Shown here: positions 42,290-52,730 of the stretch, in pieces
Numbering within the stretch: position 1 is the stretch's first letter
How the letters are laid out: each line of letters opens with the position of its first letter
IMG/VR virus record: IMGVR_UViG_3300028485_000001
Coordinates: 1 to 64,000 of that record
Origin: a virus
Taxonomy: Duplodnaviria; Caudoviricetes
Direction: 5' to 3' (one strand)
Length of the DNA: 64,000 nucleotides
The notes under the pieces: model-generated
The model's input: only the letters and a program-made list of their open reading frames with translations
What the model was told of the DNA's origin: nothing
Database searches by the model: none
Translations under genes and position numbers: made by a program

Positions 42290-44245
42290 CTACAGGAGTG
42301 GTTCGACGGTGATGTGGTTCGGCAGGGACAGGTCGAAGTACGCGACGCTGCCGGAGGTGATGCGGTAGTTGGGTGTGAGCGTGTACGTGGCGTTCCCGTT
42401 GAGTAGGAACGTGTCCGCGAACATGGTCTGTTGCGACGACCCGAACCCGGCGCCAGCCGAGCGGATGAACGCGCACCGTTTCAGCGACGCCGCCATGGTC
42501 CCGCCGGTCGACAGCCGGAAGCCCACCGCCAGCGAGGACGCGTCAGAGGCGTTGTTGAGACCGGACAGGGCGATGGTGATACGGGTCCGGCCCGACCACG
42601 ACGTCTTGAACGTGAAGGCGGCCCAGGTGCCAGACGGGAAGTCGTAGAACGGGGTGCCCACGCTGTACCCGGTGAGCTGGGTGGTGAGTTCGTCCCGGAT
42701 CGGGGAGTGCCGCGCCGCCGCGAAGCTCATCGTGGACGCCAGCTCCACCACGCCATCGGCGGGGTCGCGGGTGTCCGTCTGCATGTTCCACTGCTGCTGG
42801 AACATGTGCCGGGCGCCGCTGTACGTCATGCGCGTGTACGGCCGCTCAGGGCGGGCGCCCTCGGTGTGCAGCATCGCCCGCTTGCCGCGCTCCGGCCCCT
42901 CCCCTGACGCCCACGCCGGGCCCTGGACGGACGTGGCGGCGATGTCGGAGGCGTAGCGCTGCGTGAAGATGTACCCCGACCCTTGCGTGTCGCTGGGATC
43001 GGCGGCGGGCGGGGGCGTCAGCAGGATCGACGAGTGGTCCGGGAGCGCACGGATCCGCACCTCCGACCCCGACCCCGATGACCACGTTCCGGACGCGTCA
43101 CCGGAGGTCACCGAAAGGGTGGAGCTGGGCTGAGCGGCCGAGTTCGCGGCCGAGCGGAGGAGCAGGTACGCCGTGGTGTCGGTGGCCGTGCCACGCACCA
43201 TCGGTTTGCCGTCGGCGGTCTGTCCGGAGCTGTCCAGGGCGAAGATCACCTGGGTGGCCGTGGCTGCGAATCCAGCGAGCGGCGATGACGGATCACCGAT
43301 GTTGGATGCCGCGAGGAAGTTCGCCTGGTCCGCGGTCGCGCCGAGGCCAGCCTGCATCGTGCCGACTCGGACCCGGTTGACGACCCCGTTCGGGACCGCC
43401 TCGATGGCGCCCGTCGGCCCTGGCGCTGTACCGATGGAGAACCGGCTGCCGGTGATCTCGCTGGCGACGATGTCTCCGGAGAACACGGCGTTGCCTGCGC
43501 TGTCCACGGCGAAGATGAGTTCGTTGTCCTCGTTGTAGCCCCTGAGCCCGTCTTCGTCGATCTCGACCCGGGCGGCCCCGGGGATGCCTGCGATGAGGGT
43601 GGTAGCGAGCACGAGGACCGCTTCGAGCTTGTCGGCTTCCACGGCCCCCGCCTGGATGTGGACGGCTTCGATGCTGTCGGCTTCGAGGTCGATCCCGGAT
43701 GTCTGCAACGGCGTGGCCGCGACCTCCGCTGACGCCTCACCCTGCACGCCCCCAGTGGTCACGGGGACCATCACGACGTAGTGCGGCACGTAGGGGAGCG
43801 GCACCACGGGGAGCATGCCACCATCACCCGCTCGGCGGATCGACCCGACGTAGGTTGCGGCCGACGGAGTGAAACCGCTGCTCGTGCTGACGTGAACGGC
43901 CATGTGGTCGAAATCGACGGGGATCGCGGGGTCTCCGTCGAGGAGTCCGTCCCACGTGACACGGAGGCCACCGAGCGACGGGGTCACGGTCGGAGCGGTC
44001 GGCGCGGACACAGGGTCGCCGCCGATGGTGACGGGGCCGACCCGGCCGTCCTTCCACCCCCACTGGCCTCGCAGTGCACCCGTGTCGTCGCGGACCTCGA
44101 TGCTCTGCCCCTCCTCCAGAGAGGAGTTCGCGAGCTGGTTGCCGCGCTGGCCGCGCTTGAGGGTCGTCACCTCAGCACGGAGCTTCCCGACCTCGCGGGC
44201 GTACTCAGCGATCGCGCGGCGAGTCTCAGCGTCCACGTCACGCAC
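42290..44245 (-). CDS. Minor tail protein
   Basis: Position; P.APT.P...G...V.WDG domain; beta-rich sequence. Confidence 0.75.
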   Translation of the reverse strand: MRDVDAETRRAIAEYAREVGKLRAEVTTLKRGQRGNQLANSSLEEGQSIEVRDDTGALRGQWGWKDGRVGPVTIGGDPVSAPTAPTVTPSLGGLRVTWDGLLDGDPAIPVDFDHMAVHVSTSSGFTPSAATYVGSIRRAGDGGMLPVVPLPYVPHYVVMVPVTTGGVQGEASAEVAATPLQTSGIDLEADSIEAVHIQAGAVEADKLEAVLVLATTLIAGIPGAARVEIDEDGLRGYNEDNELIFAVDSAGNAVFSGDIVASEITGSRFSIGTAPGPTGAIEAVPNGVVNRVRVGTMQAGLGATADQANFLAASNIGDPSSPLAGFAATATQVIFALDSSGQTADGKPMVRGTATDTTAYLLLRSAANSAAQPSSTLSVTSGDASGTWSSGSGSEVRIRALPDHSSILLTPPPAADPSDTQGSGYIFTQRYASDIAATSVQGPAWASGEGPERGKRAMLHTEGARPERPYTRMTYSGARHMFQQQWNMQTDTRDPADGVVELASTMSFAAARHSPIRDELTTQLTGYSVGTPFYDFPSGTWAAFTFKTSWSGRTRITIALSGLNNASDASSLAVGFRLSTGGTMAASLKRCAFIRSAGAGFGSSQQTMFADTFLLNGNATYTLTPNYRITSGSVAYFDLSLPNHITVEPLL

Positions 44246-45515
44246 CTCCGGGGTAGTCGAATCGGTCGGACCGGCGGCACGTCACGGTGACCTCGCCTGT
44301 CTCAGGGCTGGTGTCGAGGGCGGTGATGCGCACCCACAGGCGGGTCGGCATCCACCCCGTGTGGGTCTGCACGAGCACATCGTCGCCCACGGCGAAAGTG
44401 CCGATGGCGGCGTTGGGGTGGTCTCGGACAGTGAAGCCCAAGATGTCCACGACCTGCGACCAGCGGCGAAGCTCTTCCTCAGCGGCGGCTTTGCATTCGG
44501 CGACGGTGGCCAGGTCGGGGCGATCGACGCTCTTGCCTCGGAGGAGGCGGCCGTCCCTCTTGCTGACGGTGGAGCGGAGTTGCTTGCTGCCTTCGCCGGA
44601 CCCGTACACGGTGATCGAGTTGGCGTAGTCGTCGCCGTCGCGGCGGACCGCTACGAGTTCGCTGATGTTCGCGCCCTCGATGAACACCTCGCGGGTGAGG
44701 CGTTTGCCGAGTCGTGGGTAGCCGAAGTGGATGTGGCGCACGACGTGCTCACGCGAGCTGTCGGCCCAGCGGAGGGATTCGAGCCAGTCGAACGGCGTCT
44801 GCGTCGCCAACGTGGTGACTTTCTGGCCGATCTCTACGTCGTCCCACCAGGGAATTTTGTACTCCCAGTACACCTGTTTGCCAGTTGCCGCTACGGGCTT
44901 CTTGTCCTTGCCGGGGTTCCAGATCTTGTCGATGGGGACGGGCGTGGACGCGACGTCCTTCGCGGGGCCGAGCGTGCCGTCGTCTTTGAGGGCGCGGGTG
45001 TTGTGCCACGCGCCGAGACGGTACGGGGTGGTGGTGTCGTCGAGGGTGACGCCGAGGTCGCCGTCGGGTTGGCCTTGAAGCCACGCCCACAGGCCCCGGA
45101 CCACGTCGAGGGGGTCGACTCCGTTCCCGGTGAGGCCGTCGGTCTTCCCGCCGTAGGTGAGGTTGTTGCGGAGCGGCTGACCCTCCAGCCATCCGCTGAC
45201 CCCGGTCATGTCCAGGCTCAGCTTCGGCCCGGTCGCGGTGATGCCCGTGAGGATCCCGCCGCCGCGCAGTTGGCCGGACGCCTCGGCGACGATCATGGTC
45301 TGCCACAGCTCCAGGACCAGGCCGCCGTCGGGGGTTGTGAGCGCCTGGTACTCCGGATCGATGGTCGCGGTCATCCGCCCGGGGCCGGAGAGCGTGGTCG
45401 TCAGGCGCACGTCCGACAGCGGAAGCTCCCGGTGCAGCCACGTGCCCGTGAGGACGTTGAAGGCGTAGTACCGCCACTGCGAAGCCGGGGGGAGGGGTTC
45501 CTGCAAGGGGATCAT
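44238..45515 (-). CDS. Minor tail/hub protein
   Basis: ELPL.DV....LSGPG; G.RLG..F.EGANI. Confidence 0.75.
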   Translation of the reverse strand: MIPLQEPLPPASQWRYYAFNVLTGTWLHRELPLSDVRLTTTLSGPGRMTATIDPEYQALTTPDGGLVLELWQTMIVAEASGQLRGGGILTGITATGPKLSLDMTGVSGWLEGQPLRNNLTYGGKTDGLTGNGVDPLDVVRGLWAWLQGQPDGDLGVTLDDTTTPYRLGAWHNTRALKDDGTLGPAKDVASTPVPIDKIWNPGKDKKPVAATGKQVYWEYKIPWWDDVEIGQKVTTLATQTPFDWLESLRWADSSREHVVRHIHFGYPRLGKRLTREVFIEGANISELVAVRRDGDDYANSITVYGSGEGSKQLRSTVSKRDGRLLRGKSVDRPDLATVAECKAAAEEELRRWSQVVDILGFTVRDHPNAAIGTFAVGDDVLVQTHTGWMPTRLWVRITALDTSPETGEVTVTCRRSDRFDYPGGA

Positions 45516-45523
45516 GAGGCCCC

Positions 45524-46534
45524 CTACAGTTCGGCCTGATCAGCGGCCTGCTCGCGGAATTCCAGGTCGACTGCGAAGTTCGCCCACCCGTCCGCCACGA
45601 GGTGGTTGCCCATCCCGGCGTCCGATTTGGCGTACATGCGCAGGTCGCAGGTCATGCCACGCATCGCGGTCGGCACGTTCATCTGTGCTGCCAGCCCGGC
45701 CGAGCATCTGTACCCATTGGTCGCGCTCGTGCTGTTGAAGTTGAAGGCGCTGGCGGCCGTATAGAGGACGTTGCCACCGGATCCGATCAGGCCGACCCTG
45801 ACCTGCCCGCGCGCGTCGTAGTCACCGCCTGTGCCGCCCGGCATGGGGTACATGACGTTGAGCCAGTCCGCGCGCACCTGCACCTGTGTGGCCCAGTCGG
45901 GGATCGTGACAGTCCAGTCGTGCTGGGGCCACCGCTCGAAGTCGCTGGTGAAGTCAGCTTCGTCGTAGCGCCCGTCTTCGAGGCCCTGGCCGCGCTGGAC
46001 CCGCAGTTCGCGGAGTCGCTTGGGGTTGGCCATCTGGCGGACGTCGGTGATCATCCCGGACGTGATCGTGGCCGTTGAGGAGGGGATGTCGATGCGGGCC
46101 AGGGCGACGCCCGTGGTTCCTGGGGGGACGTCGGTGTTCGTGGAGGTGACGCCCTCGATGACACGGAAGTAGTAGACGGGGTCCGTGGTCACGTCATGCG
46201 ACCACGGGGTCCCCGAAATGTTCGGGTCCTCGACGCGGAGGATGACCAGGTCGGAGCGCCCCCCACTGGATCCGGTGGGGTTGATCGGGATCTCGGCGTC
46301 GCCCACGTTGAACGCGAAGTAGCTGCCCTGGAAAGTCGCCTCCGCCCCGAGGATCGTCGCCCCGCCGGACGTCGCGCGGACGCTCGCACCCGGGACCGCC
46401 AGCGGAAGAATCCGCAGGTGCGCAGAGTCCACCACCCCGTTCCTCGACGCCGTCCCCGACTGAAGCTGAAGGCGGGCGATCCGCGATGACGACTGCGCCC
46501 CCTCTACCGCCCAGGAGTCCATCTCCAAAGCCAT
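45524..46534 (-). CDS. Minor tail protein
   Basis: Position; RSDL.I.RVEDP...LARI.IP...IT...I.D.R..ANP. Confidence 0.75.
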   Translation of the reverse strand: MALEMDSWAVEGAQSSSRIARLQLQSGTASRNGVVDSAHLRILPLAVPGASVRATSGGATILGAEATFQGSYFAFNVGDAEIPINPTGSSGGRSDLVILRVEDPNISGTPWSHDVTTDPVYYFRVIEGVTSTNTDVPPGTTGVALARIDIPSSTATITSGMITDVRQMANPKRLRELRVQRGQGLEDGRYDEADFTSDFERWPQHDWTVTIPDWATQVQVRADWLNVMYPMPGGTGGDYDARGQVRVGLIGSGGNVLYTAASAFNFNSTSATNGYRCSAGLAAQMNVPTAMRGMTCDLRMYAKSDAGMGNHLVADGWANFAVDLEFREQAADQAEL

Positions 46535-46543
46535 GCCGGTCTC

Positions 46544-47434
46544 CTAGGGGGTCTCGTAGGCGTCACGCCATGCGATGGTGCAGGTGGACTGGCCGGAAAG
46601 GTCGGTGCCGCGGTACGCGAGGACGGTCTGGCCGACGGGGAGGCGGAAGTCCGCGAGGCCGGCGCCGAACGCCAGGCCGGCGAACGAGGCGCCGTCGTCG
46701 CGGAGGATGGTTTGTGCCCATGGGCGGGTGTCGATGGTGATGCTGCGGTCCGCGGCGAGCGTTGTGTCGAGGCGGAGACGGCGGCCGGAGCCGACGAGTT
46801 CGATCGAGGGCTGCGCGACGGGGCCTCGGATGGTGATCACTGGCCACGAGGGCTTGTTGCCCGCGTTGACGACGGCGTCCTGTCGGACGCCCTGCGCACC
46901 CCAGGTGATCGGCCAGGTGACAGGCCACGTGATCCCGGTGCCCGCCGCGGTGATCAGAGTGAGGGTGACGGACCGTCCGGCACCGTCGGGGCCGTCGGCG
47001 TAGAAGCAGGAGTCGAAAGTCTGGAAGGTCGCCGTGAGGTCGACGATGCCGTTGTCGCGTTGCCGCTGGGTGGATGGCGTGAGCCGCCTCGGCCTGCCGT
47101 AGGCGATCATCGTGGGCGACCCGGGAAGTCGCATCCGCAGCGGGATCACGGCCCGTGGTGTGGCTCTGGTCGTGCTCGCGTCCCACACGGCGGCGAGAGC
47201 TGACCACGCCGACCGGGAGTCCGCGGCGGTGGTCGTGTCGGTCCACAGGTCGAGGGTGATCGTGCGGCCGTCGTGGTAGTCGATGCCCGCCTGCTCCCCG
47301 TCCGCGCCCGGGGTGGGCTGGTCTCCCAGCCGCATTCCCGGGTCGCCGATGGTGATGTCGTCGGACTGGATCGGCGTGAGGTCGCCGAAGACGACCCCAC
47401 CCAGTTCGTACTGGCGCTCGGAGAGGTCAGCCAT
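46544..47434 (-). CDS. Distal tail (Dit-like) protein
   Basis: Follows tape measure; N.G....WP...I.GP. Confidence 0.75.
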   Translation of the reverse strand: MADLSERQYELGGVVFGDLTPIQSDDITIGDPGMRLGDQPTPGADGEQAGIDYHDGRTITLDLWTDTTTAADSRSAWSALAAVWDASTTRATPRAVIPLRMRLPGSPTMIAYGRPRRLTPSTQRQRDNGIVDLTATFQTFDSCFYADGPDGAGRSVTLTLITAAGTGITWPVTWPITWGAQGVRQDAVVNAGNKPSWPVITIRGPVAQPSIELVGSGRRLRLDTTLAADRSITIDTRPWAQTILRDDGASFAGLAFGAGLADFRLPVGQTVLAYRGTDLSGQSTCTIAWRDAYETP

Positions 47435-50400
47435 CGGCGTACCTCCCGCCCTTGCTGATGACCCGGATCTCGTGGGTCATGGTGTCCGCCATCTCGCGGA
47501 TGCCGTCGTCAGCGGAGTGCAGGTGGAAGGACTGGCTGCCGACGAGAGGAGAAGCAGGAGTGCTGCCGCCCGCCTGTGTCGTGGCCTTGCCTGCGGTGGC
47601 GAGCATCCGCGCTGACTCGGCGTTGGAGTAGACGCGCGCCGGGTCGTCGAAGCGGGCGAGTTCAGGTCCGCGTTCGCCGACGACCGCCCACCCGGAGGCG
47701 ACACCTCCGTCCGCGTATCCGGCGATGTCCCGGATCTGCCGCACCAAGGGCGACATCCCGGACCGTTCGTCCTGTTCGCGGTCCTGTCGGACGATGTCCG
47801 CGATGGACACCAGCCCGCCGGAAGCGAAACCCGCCGCACCCCAGTTCGGGCGGAAGATGGCACCGCCGAAGTACGGGGCGGCGGTGACGTTGTTGCTCTG
47901 GTTCCCGCCGATGCGCCGACCGCCACCGGGTGTGGCGATGAGGTTGACGTGGTCGGTTCCGTACACGGCGACGTCGCCGGGCATGGGCGAGTTGGTGCGC
48001 GGCATCCCGGACGTGTAGTAGTCGCCAGTCCACGCTGTGCGAGCAGCACCACCCAATGCCCGGGATGATCCTGTTTGGGCGAAAAGCCAGGAAATGAACA
48101 TTGCACACCAAGCGGCACCGTTCATCCCGTACCATCCGGTGATGGCGTTCCGGTTGTTGCCGTTCGACTCCGGATAGCGGCCGATGGACGCCTCAGCAAG
48201 CGCGACCACACCCCGCGGACCCCGCGAAGAGTTCTTGTAGTCGTCGGCCATCTTGTCGCCGATGTTGCTGATCAGGCTGTTGACGAGGATGTTCCACTCA
48301 GGTCGAACATCACGCCTGTGGTCATCGACGATGTCCCACGGGTCGGCCCCCGACCCCCGGGAGGACCTGCTGACTCGTCCTCCCGTCGCGAATCCGGGCA
48401 GGTCGCGCTTGTCGATGCGCTTCTGCCTCAGGGCCTCGAAGAAACCGCCGCCGTAGTGGTCCACGACGTGCGTTGGCTCGACAAACTCACCGTCGGAGAG
48501 CATCGCGGGGATGCTGTCGGACGTCGCGGTTCCTGGCCCGAAGACGGCGCCACCCTCGGCGTAGAACGCGGGCGCACCACCGCGCGGGGAGGTGTGCGAC
48601 GAGTTCTGTGTCGGGGTGGTCGTCCACGTGCCGTTCGCGGCGACCCGGATGGCGGTCTGCACCGACGACGGGATGCCGAGGTACTCGTCAGCGAGGTCCT
48701 CGGCCTCGTTCGCGGTGAGGCCCATCTGTCGGGCGACCCGGACGAATTCCTCGCGCCCGCGCGCCGCCGTGGCGGTCTGCTCCTGGATGCTCTCGCCGTT
48801 GAGCCTCGTGGCTTCGGTGTTCGCGATGGTGGTGTCGCGGATCTGGCGCAGAACCGATTCGTTGGCGCGGCCCTGTTCGGTGTTCAGGTCGAGCGTCGCT
48901 CCGTTGGTGGCGATGCTGGCCGTGGCTGCGTCGATGGCGGCTTGGAAGTTCGACTCGGCTTCCACGGCGGACACGTGCGCACCCGTGAGGGCGTCCAAGG
49001 CGGTCTTCAGATCTCTGGCTTGGAACGCGCCTTCGGCCATCGCCGTGTTGACGGCTTCCTGCTGGGCGGCAGTCTCGCCCATCGCCTCGGTCTGGCGGCG
49101 GTACGACTCACCCGCCCCATCGACCGCGTTGGCCTCGTCGGTGATGGCGTCCCGCAGCTCCATGAGCTGAGTCACGGACCCCGACCACTGCTGGTGGGTG
49201 ATCTCGCCCGCGTCATAGGCGGCGTCGAGGGAGGCGATCTGACTGTCAATCGCCCCGGTGACCTCTTCGTAGGCGCCGCCCTGCCGGAGGACAGCGTCGG
49301 TGACCTTGTCGGTCGAGAAGCCCAGTCGCTCAGCGAGCTGCAGGGCTTCGTCCTCCTCCAGATTCTTGACGGCGAGTGCTCGCGCTGATTCGCCGAGGGC
49401 CCCGGCGTCGGCCTGGATGGCGGCGGTGTACGCCTCGGTCTCTTGGCGTGCGCGGGCCTTCGCGGTCGCGAAAGCTCCGAGCGCGATCACGCCCGCGGCG
49501 ATGGCGATGCCCCACGGGCCTCCGAGAGCACCGACCGCACCGGACAGCGCACCGGAGAAGCGTGAGGTGCCGGTGGCTGCGGTGGTGGCGTTGGTGCCGA
49601 CGGTGGACAGGCTGGACGTGTACTCGCGGATGTGTCCCGGGAGTTCGCGCATGGGCTGGATGAGCCCGGTGTTGACCCGCCCGAACAGGCTGAATGCGAC
49701 CTGCGCGGTCTTGGCTGCGATGGCAGCCTGAAGCAGCCACGGGGCTGTCTCGGCGACCATGGAGATCGCTTCCGCGAAGACGGTGAGGCCCTGCGCGTAG
49801 ATGGTGCCGAGCGGGCCGATGGCTACGCCCACGTCGATGGCGGCTCCGGCGATGGCCCCGAACATGGTCGTGAAGGTTGGACCGTTCTGGATGGTCCAGG
49901 CAATGAAGTCGGTGAAGTTCTCGCTCTCGTGGCCCCATGTGGCGAAGCGCGCGGTGGATCGCTCAAGGCCGGGGGCGACGACGGTCCACAGCGGCTCCAT
50001 GTTCATGACGAGGCCAGCGAGCCCGGACGTGAGGTTGCCGATGGAGCGGCCGAAGGTGATGGTGCTGGGGTTGGCCTGACGGGAGACGAAGCTGAAGAAG
50101 CTCGTCCACCGGTCGTTCCCGAGGGCTTCGCGGGCTTCGTCGCCGAGGGTGTTGAGGGCCGACGCGGTACGGTTCGTCGCGGGGGTCAAGGCCCGCAAGC
50201 CCACGTTGGCGACGTCGAGACCGCTGGCGGCAGCCTGAAGGACAGGCCGGTCCGTCTCCGCGCGGAACTGGCGCCACGACGCGGTGAGTCCGCCCATGGA
50301 GTCCTGGAACGAGCGCTGTCCGATGGTGAGGTCACCGGTCGCAGCGTTGGCTTCGCGGATCGCGGGGATCGCTGCGAGAGCGAAACCGGCCGCGCCCACA

Positions 50401-50933
50401 CCAGCCGCAACGAAGCCGGACGCGACCGCGCCCAACCCCCCGGCGAGCGCACCCGCAGCGGGCACGAGCGGGGGGATGAGCGTCCAGATAGCGGCCTGCT
50501 CGGCGGGGGACATGTCCGAGAACGGCTGCTGGCCACCCCTGGAGCCACCGCCGCGTCCGCCCCCGCCCGACGCGGGGGCTTTCGGGGCCGTGGGGGTCTT
50601 CGGGGTAGCGGCGGAGATGGGGCCGCCGCCGCTGGTGGCGACGCGCATGTTGATGACGCGCCCGTCGAGCCTGTCCGCCGCCTTCTCGGCACGAACCAGG
50701 GAGGCAAGCGCGGTGCGGGTGTCCGCTGACACGGTGATGCGCGGGGTGCGGCGGCCGAGGTTGTCGACCTGGCGGCGGAAGGAGTCGAGCTCGGCCTTGG
50801 CCTTCGCGCTGTCGAGCCCGACGGGGATGTCCATGCCCCGGCTGGCGTGCTTCTGGAGTTCGGCGCGCAGCCGGGGTCCGAAGCGCTTGAGGTCGGGCAG
50901 GACGTCGACCCACACTGATCCGGCGTCGGGCAT
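47427..50933 (-). CDS. Tape measure protein with C-terminal CHAP-like domain
   Basis: 1168 aa, Ala/Gly-rich; WCAMFISW...PGDV..HV..GNQ. Confidence 0.92.
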   Translation of the reverse strand: MPDAGSVWVDVLPDLKRFGPRLRAELQKHASRGMDIPVGLDSAKAKAELDSFRRQVDNLGRRTPRITVSADTRTALASLVRAEKAADRLDGRVINMRVATSGGGPISAATPKTPTAPKAPASGGGGRGGGSRGGQQPFSDMSPAEQAAIWTLIPPLVPAAGALAGGLGAVASGFVAAGVGAAGFALAAIPAIREANAATGDLTIGQRSFQDSMGGLTASWRQFRAETDRPVLQAAASGLDVANVGLRALTPATNRTASALNTLGDEAREALGNDRWTSFFSFVSRQANPSTITFGRSIGNLTSGLAGLVMNMEPLWTVVAPGLERSTARFATWGHESENFTDFIAWTIQNGPTFTTMFGAIAGAAIDVGVAIGPLGTIYAQGLTVFAEAISMVAETAPWLLQAAIAAKTAQVAFSLFGRVNTGLIQPMRELPGHIREYTSSLSTVGTNATTAATGTSRFSGALSGAVGALGGPWGIAIAAGVIALGAFATAKARARQETEAYTAAIQADAGALGESARALAVKNLEEDEALQLAERLGFSTDKVTDAVLRQGGAYEEVTGAIDSQIASLDAAYDAGEITHQQWSGSVTQLMELRDAITDEANAVDGAGESYRRQTEAMGETAAQQEAVNTAMAEGAFQARDLKTALDALTGAHVSAVEAESNFQAAIDAATASIATNGATLDLNTEQGRANESVLRQIRDTTIANTEATRLNGESIQEQTATAARGREEFVRVARQMGLTANEAEDLADEYLGIPSSVQTAIRVAANGTWTTTPTQNSSHTSPRGGAPAFYAEGGAVFGPGTATSDSIPAMLSDGEFVEPTHVVDHYGGGFFEALRQKRIDKRDLPGFATGGRVSRSSRGSGADPWDIVDDHRRDVRPEWNILVNSLISNIGDKMADDYKNSSRGPRGVVALAEASIGRYPESNGNNRNAITGWYGMNGAAWCAMFISWLFAQTGSSRALGGAARTAWTGDYYTSGMPRTNSPMPGDVAVYGTDHVNLIATPGGGRRIGGNQSNNVTAAPYFGGAIFRPNWGAAGFASGGLVSIADIVRQDREQDERSGMSPLVRQIRDIAGYADGGVASGWAVVGERGPELARFDDPARVYSNAESARMLATAGKATTQAGGSTPASPLVGSQSFHLHSADDGIREMADTMTHEIRVISKGGRYADG

Positions 50934-50945
50934 GGCGACACCCCC

Positions 50946-51404
50946 TTACTCGGCTGGTGGTGTCTTGACCAACTTCAGGTGCCGCTTCGGTGGCGCGAAC
51001 CGCTCCAGGTATGCCTGTTTGCGCGGGTCAGGGCGACGCGACTGCCGCTCCTGTGCCTTCTCGCCCTTCGCGACGGGCACCGGGTACGGGTTGATGTCGG
51101 GGGGTTCGCCTTTGAGGCGTTCACCGACCCACATGACCCGCATGAGCGCCTGGATGCGCGAGTCGAGCAACGCGAGCTGGTCGTTGGTCTCCGACCATGG
51201 CCGTCCCGGGTCGCGCCCGGTGAGGGCCGCCCGCGTGCGAGGCATGCGCGCCAGGTCGTGGATGACGAGAAGGACCATGCGGCGCATGGTGATCCTCCCG
51301 GCGTAGAAGTCGACCAGGTCGACGGGGTTCGGGCGGTCGAGGAGGTCGAGCTCAACCTCGCGCGGGTGCTCCTCTAGGACGGCGAGGAGCTGCTGCCTTC
51401 CCCC
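50946..51404 (-). CDS. Tail assembly chaperone, -1 frameshift extension
   Basis: Open -1 frame from the GGGGGAA slippery site to the stop at 50946. Confidence 0.75.
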   Translation of the reverse strand, partial: GGRQQLLAVLEEHPREVELDLLDRPNPVDLVDFYAGRITMRRMVLLVIHDLARMPRTRAALTGRDPGRPWSETNDQLALLDSRIQALMRVMWVGERLKGEPPDINPYPVPVAKGEKAQERQSRRPDPRKQAYLERFAPPKRHLKLVKTPPAE

Positions 51405-51745
51405 CGGGTGGCCCCAGCCATGTCGTCGAAGTACTGGATGACGCGCCCGATTTCACGGCTGCTGCGGTCGAGGAAGTCGTTGAGCTGCTTCGGGTCCGCG
51501 AGTGCGCCGCTCATCCACGTCTCGATGTCACCGATGGCGAACGCCTTGTTCGCCGAGTACGGCCACTCCGCGAGCGGCTTGAACGTGAACGTCGCGTCGT
51601 CGGCCATGACGAACGTGGCGTCCTGCTCCATCGCTTCGGACACCTGCGCGGCCTTGTTGTCAGGCAGGTCGGCGACAGCGATCGCGTTCGGTGCGGGCGC
51701 GGCCACGGTGGGCTTCTTCGCGGCGGGCTTTCGGGCAGCGGTCAT
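51374..51745 (-). CDS. Tail assembly chaperone
   Basis: Between major tail and tape measure; slippery site near 3' end. Confidence 0.8.
   Translation of the reverse strand: MTAARKPAAKKPTVAAPAPNAIAVADLPDNKAAQVSEAMEQDATFVMADDATFTFKPLAEWPYSANKAFAIGDIETWMSGALADPKQLNDFLDRSSREIGRVIQYFDDMAGATRGEGSSSSPS
51398..51405 (-). other. Programmed -1 ribosomal frameshift site
   Basis: CGG GGG GAA, matching the GGGGGAA site used by actinophage chaperones. Confidence 0.75.
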
Positions 51746-51829
51746 GGCGGTCTCCTCGTGTTCACGCAGGTTTGCGCAGGTGGTTGTGGGTGGATGGGCG
51801 CACCTGCGCGGACGCCCACCCACCGGTCT

Positions 51830-52648
51830 CTAGGCGGTGACGGTCACCGCGAGGGTGTCGGCCACACCTCGGTACGACGCGGTGATGGTCGCGGACCCGG
51901 CGCCGACGCCGGTGACGGTGCCGTCGGCGTCGACGGTGGCGATGAGGGGCGCGGAGGTGTCCCATTCGGCGGTCGCACTGACGTCGTCGGTGGTCTCGTT
52001 GTAGAAGGTCGCCTCGGCGGTGAGCTGCGTGGTCGCGGACACGGCGACGGTCGCGGTGCCCTCGACAGCGAGGGACTCCACTGGGAGCCACATGCCGTCA
52101 CTGAGGAAGTACCTGTTGAACATGAGGCCGTCCGACGCCTCGTACACGGTCCACGTCAGACCCGATGCGGTCACGTTCTCCGCGTTCTTGGACCGCTCGG
52201 CGCGGGTCGTGACCTCCGCGATGGCGGCGACGGTGCGCTCGTGGTTGACCCCGTCGAAGGTGTCCACGGCGAGCATGTACTTGCGCTGGCCGGTGGGCCG
52301 GTACACGGGGTAGGTGAGGATGCCGCCGGGCAGTTCCTCCATCGCACTGAGGTCGATGTTGTCGTACAGGGCCTGCGTGTACGGGTTGACCTCCCACATG
52401 GGGGTCGTGAAGGTCTTCGTCACCCCGGTGATGTCGGTGCGCACGGGGCTCTTGTAGCCCAGCGGGCGCTTCTCGTTGCGCTCTTCCTCATACGCCTCGG
52501 TGAGCCCTGCGGGGTCGATGGCTCCGAGGTCCCACCACTCGGGGCCGAAAGCGTCGAGGCCCTCCGGGAGCGCGCTGCCGAGCGGCGCCACGTAGCACTT
52601 ACCGCCGTCAGTTCCGTAGGCCCTGATGGCATTGACGTTGTCCGCCAT
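51830..52648 (-). CDS. Major tail protein with C-terminal Ig-like domain
   Basis: LG.I...GL.E; C-terminal V.V..T.QLTA...W..S.P.IATV..G.VTGV..G.ATITA. Confidence 0.85.
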   Translation of the reverse strand: MADNVNAIRAYGTDGGKCYVAPLGSALPEGLDAFGPEWWDLGAIDPAGLTEAYEEERNEKRPLGYKSPVRTDITGVTKTFTTPMWEVNPYTQALYDNIDLSAMEELPGGILTYPVYRPTGQRKYMLAVDTFDGVNHERTVAAIAEVTTRAERSKNAENVTASGLTWTVYEASDGLMFNRYFLSDGMWLPVESLAVEGTATVAVSATTQLTAEATFYNETTDDVSATAEWDTSAPLIATVDADGTVTGVGAGSATITASYRGVADTLAVTVTA

Positions 52649-52730
52649 GTCCCCTCCTGGGGTGGTCAGCCCTGGTGCGGGCATGGGAAAACCCCGGCAC
52701 CAGAAGGCGTCGGGGCTGGGTGTGTTCGGG

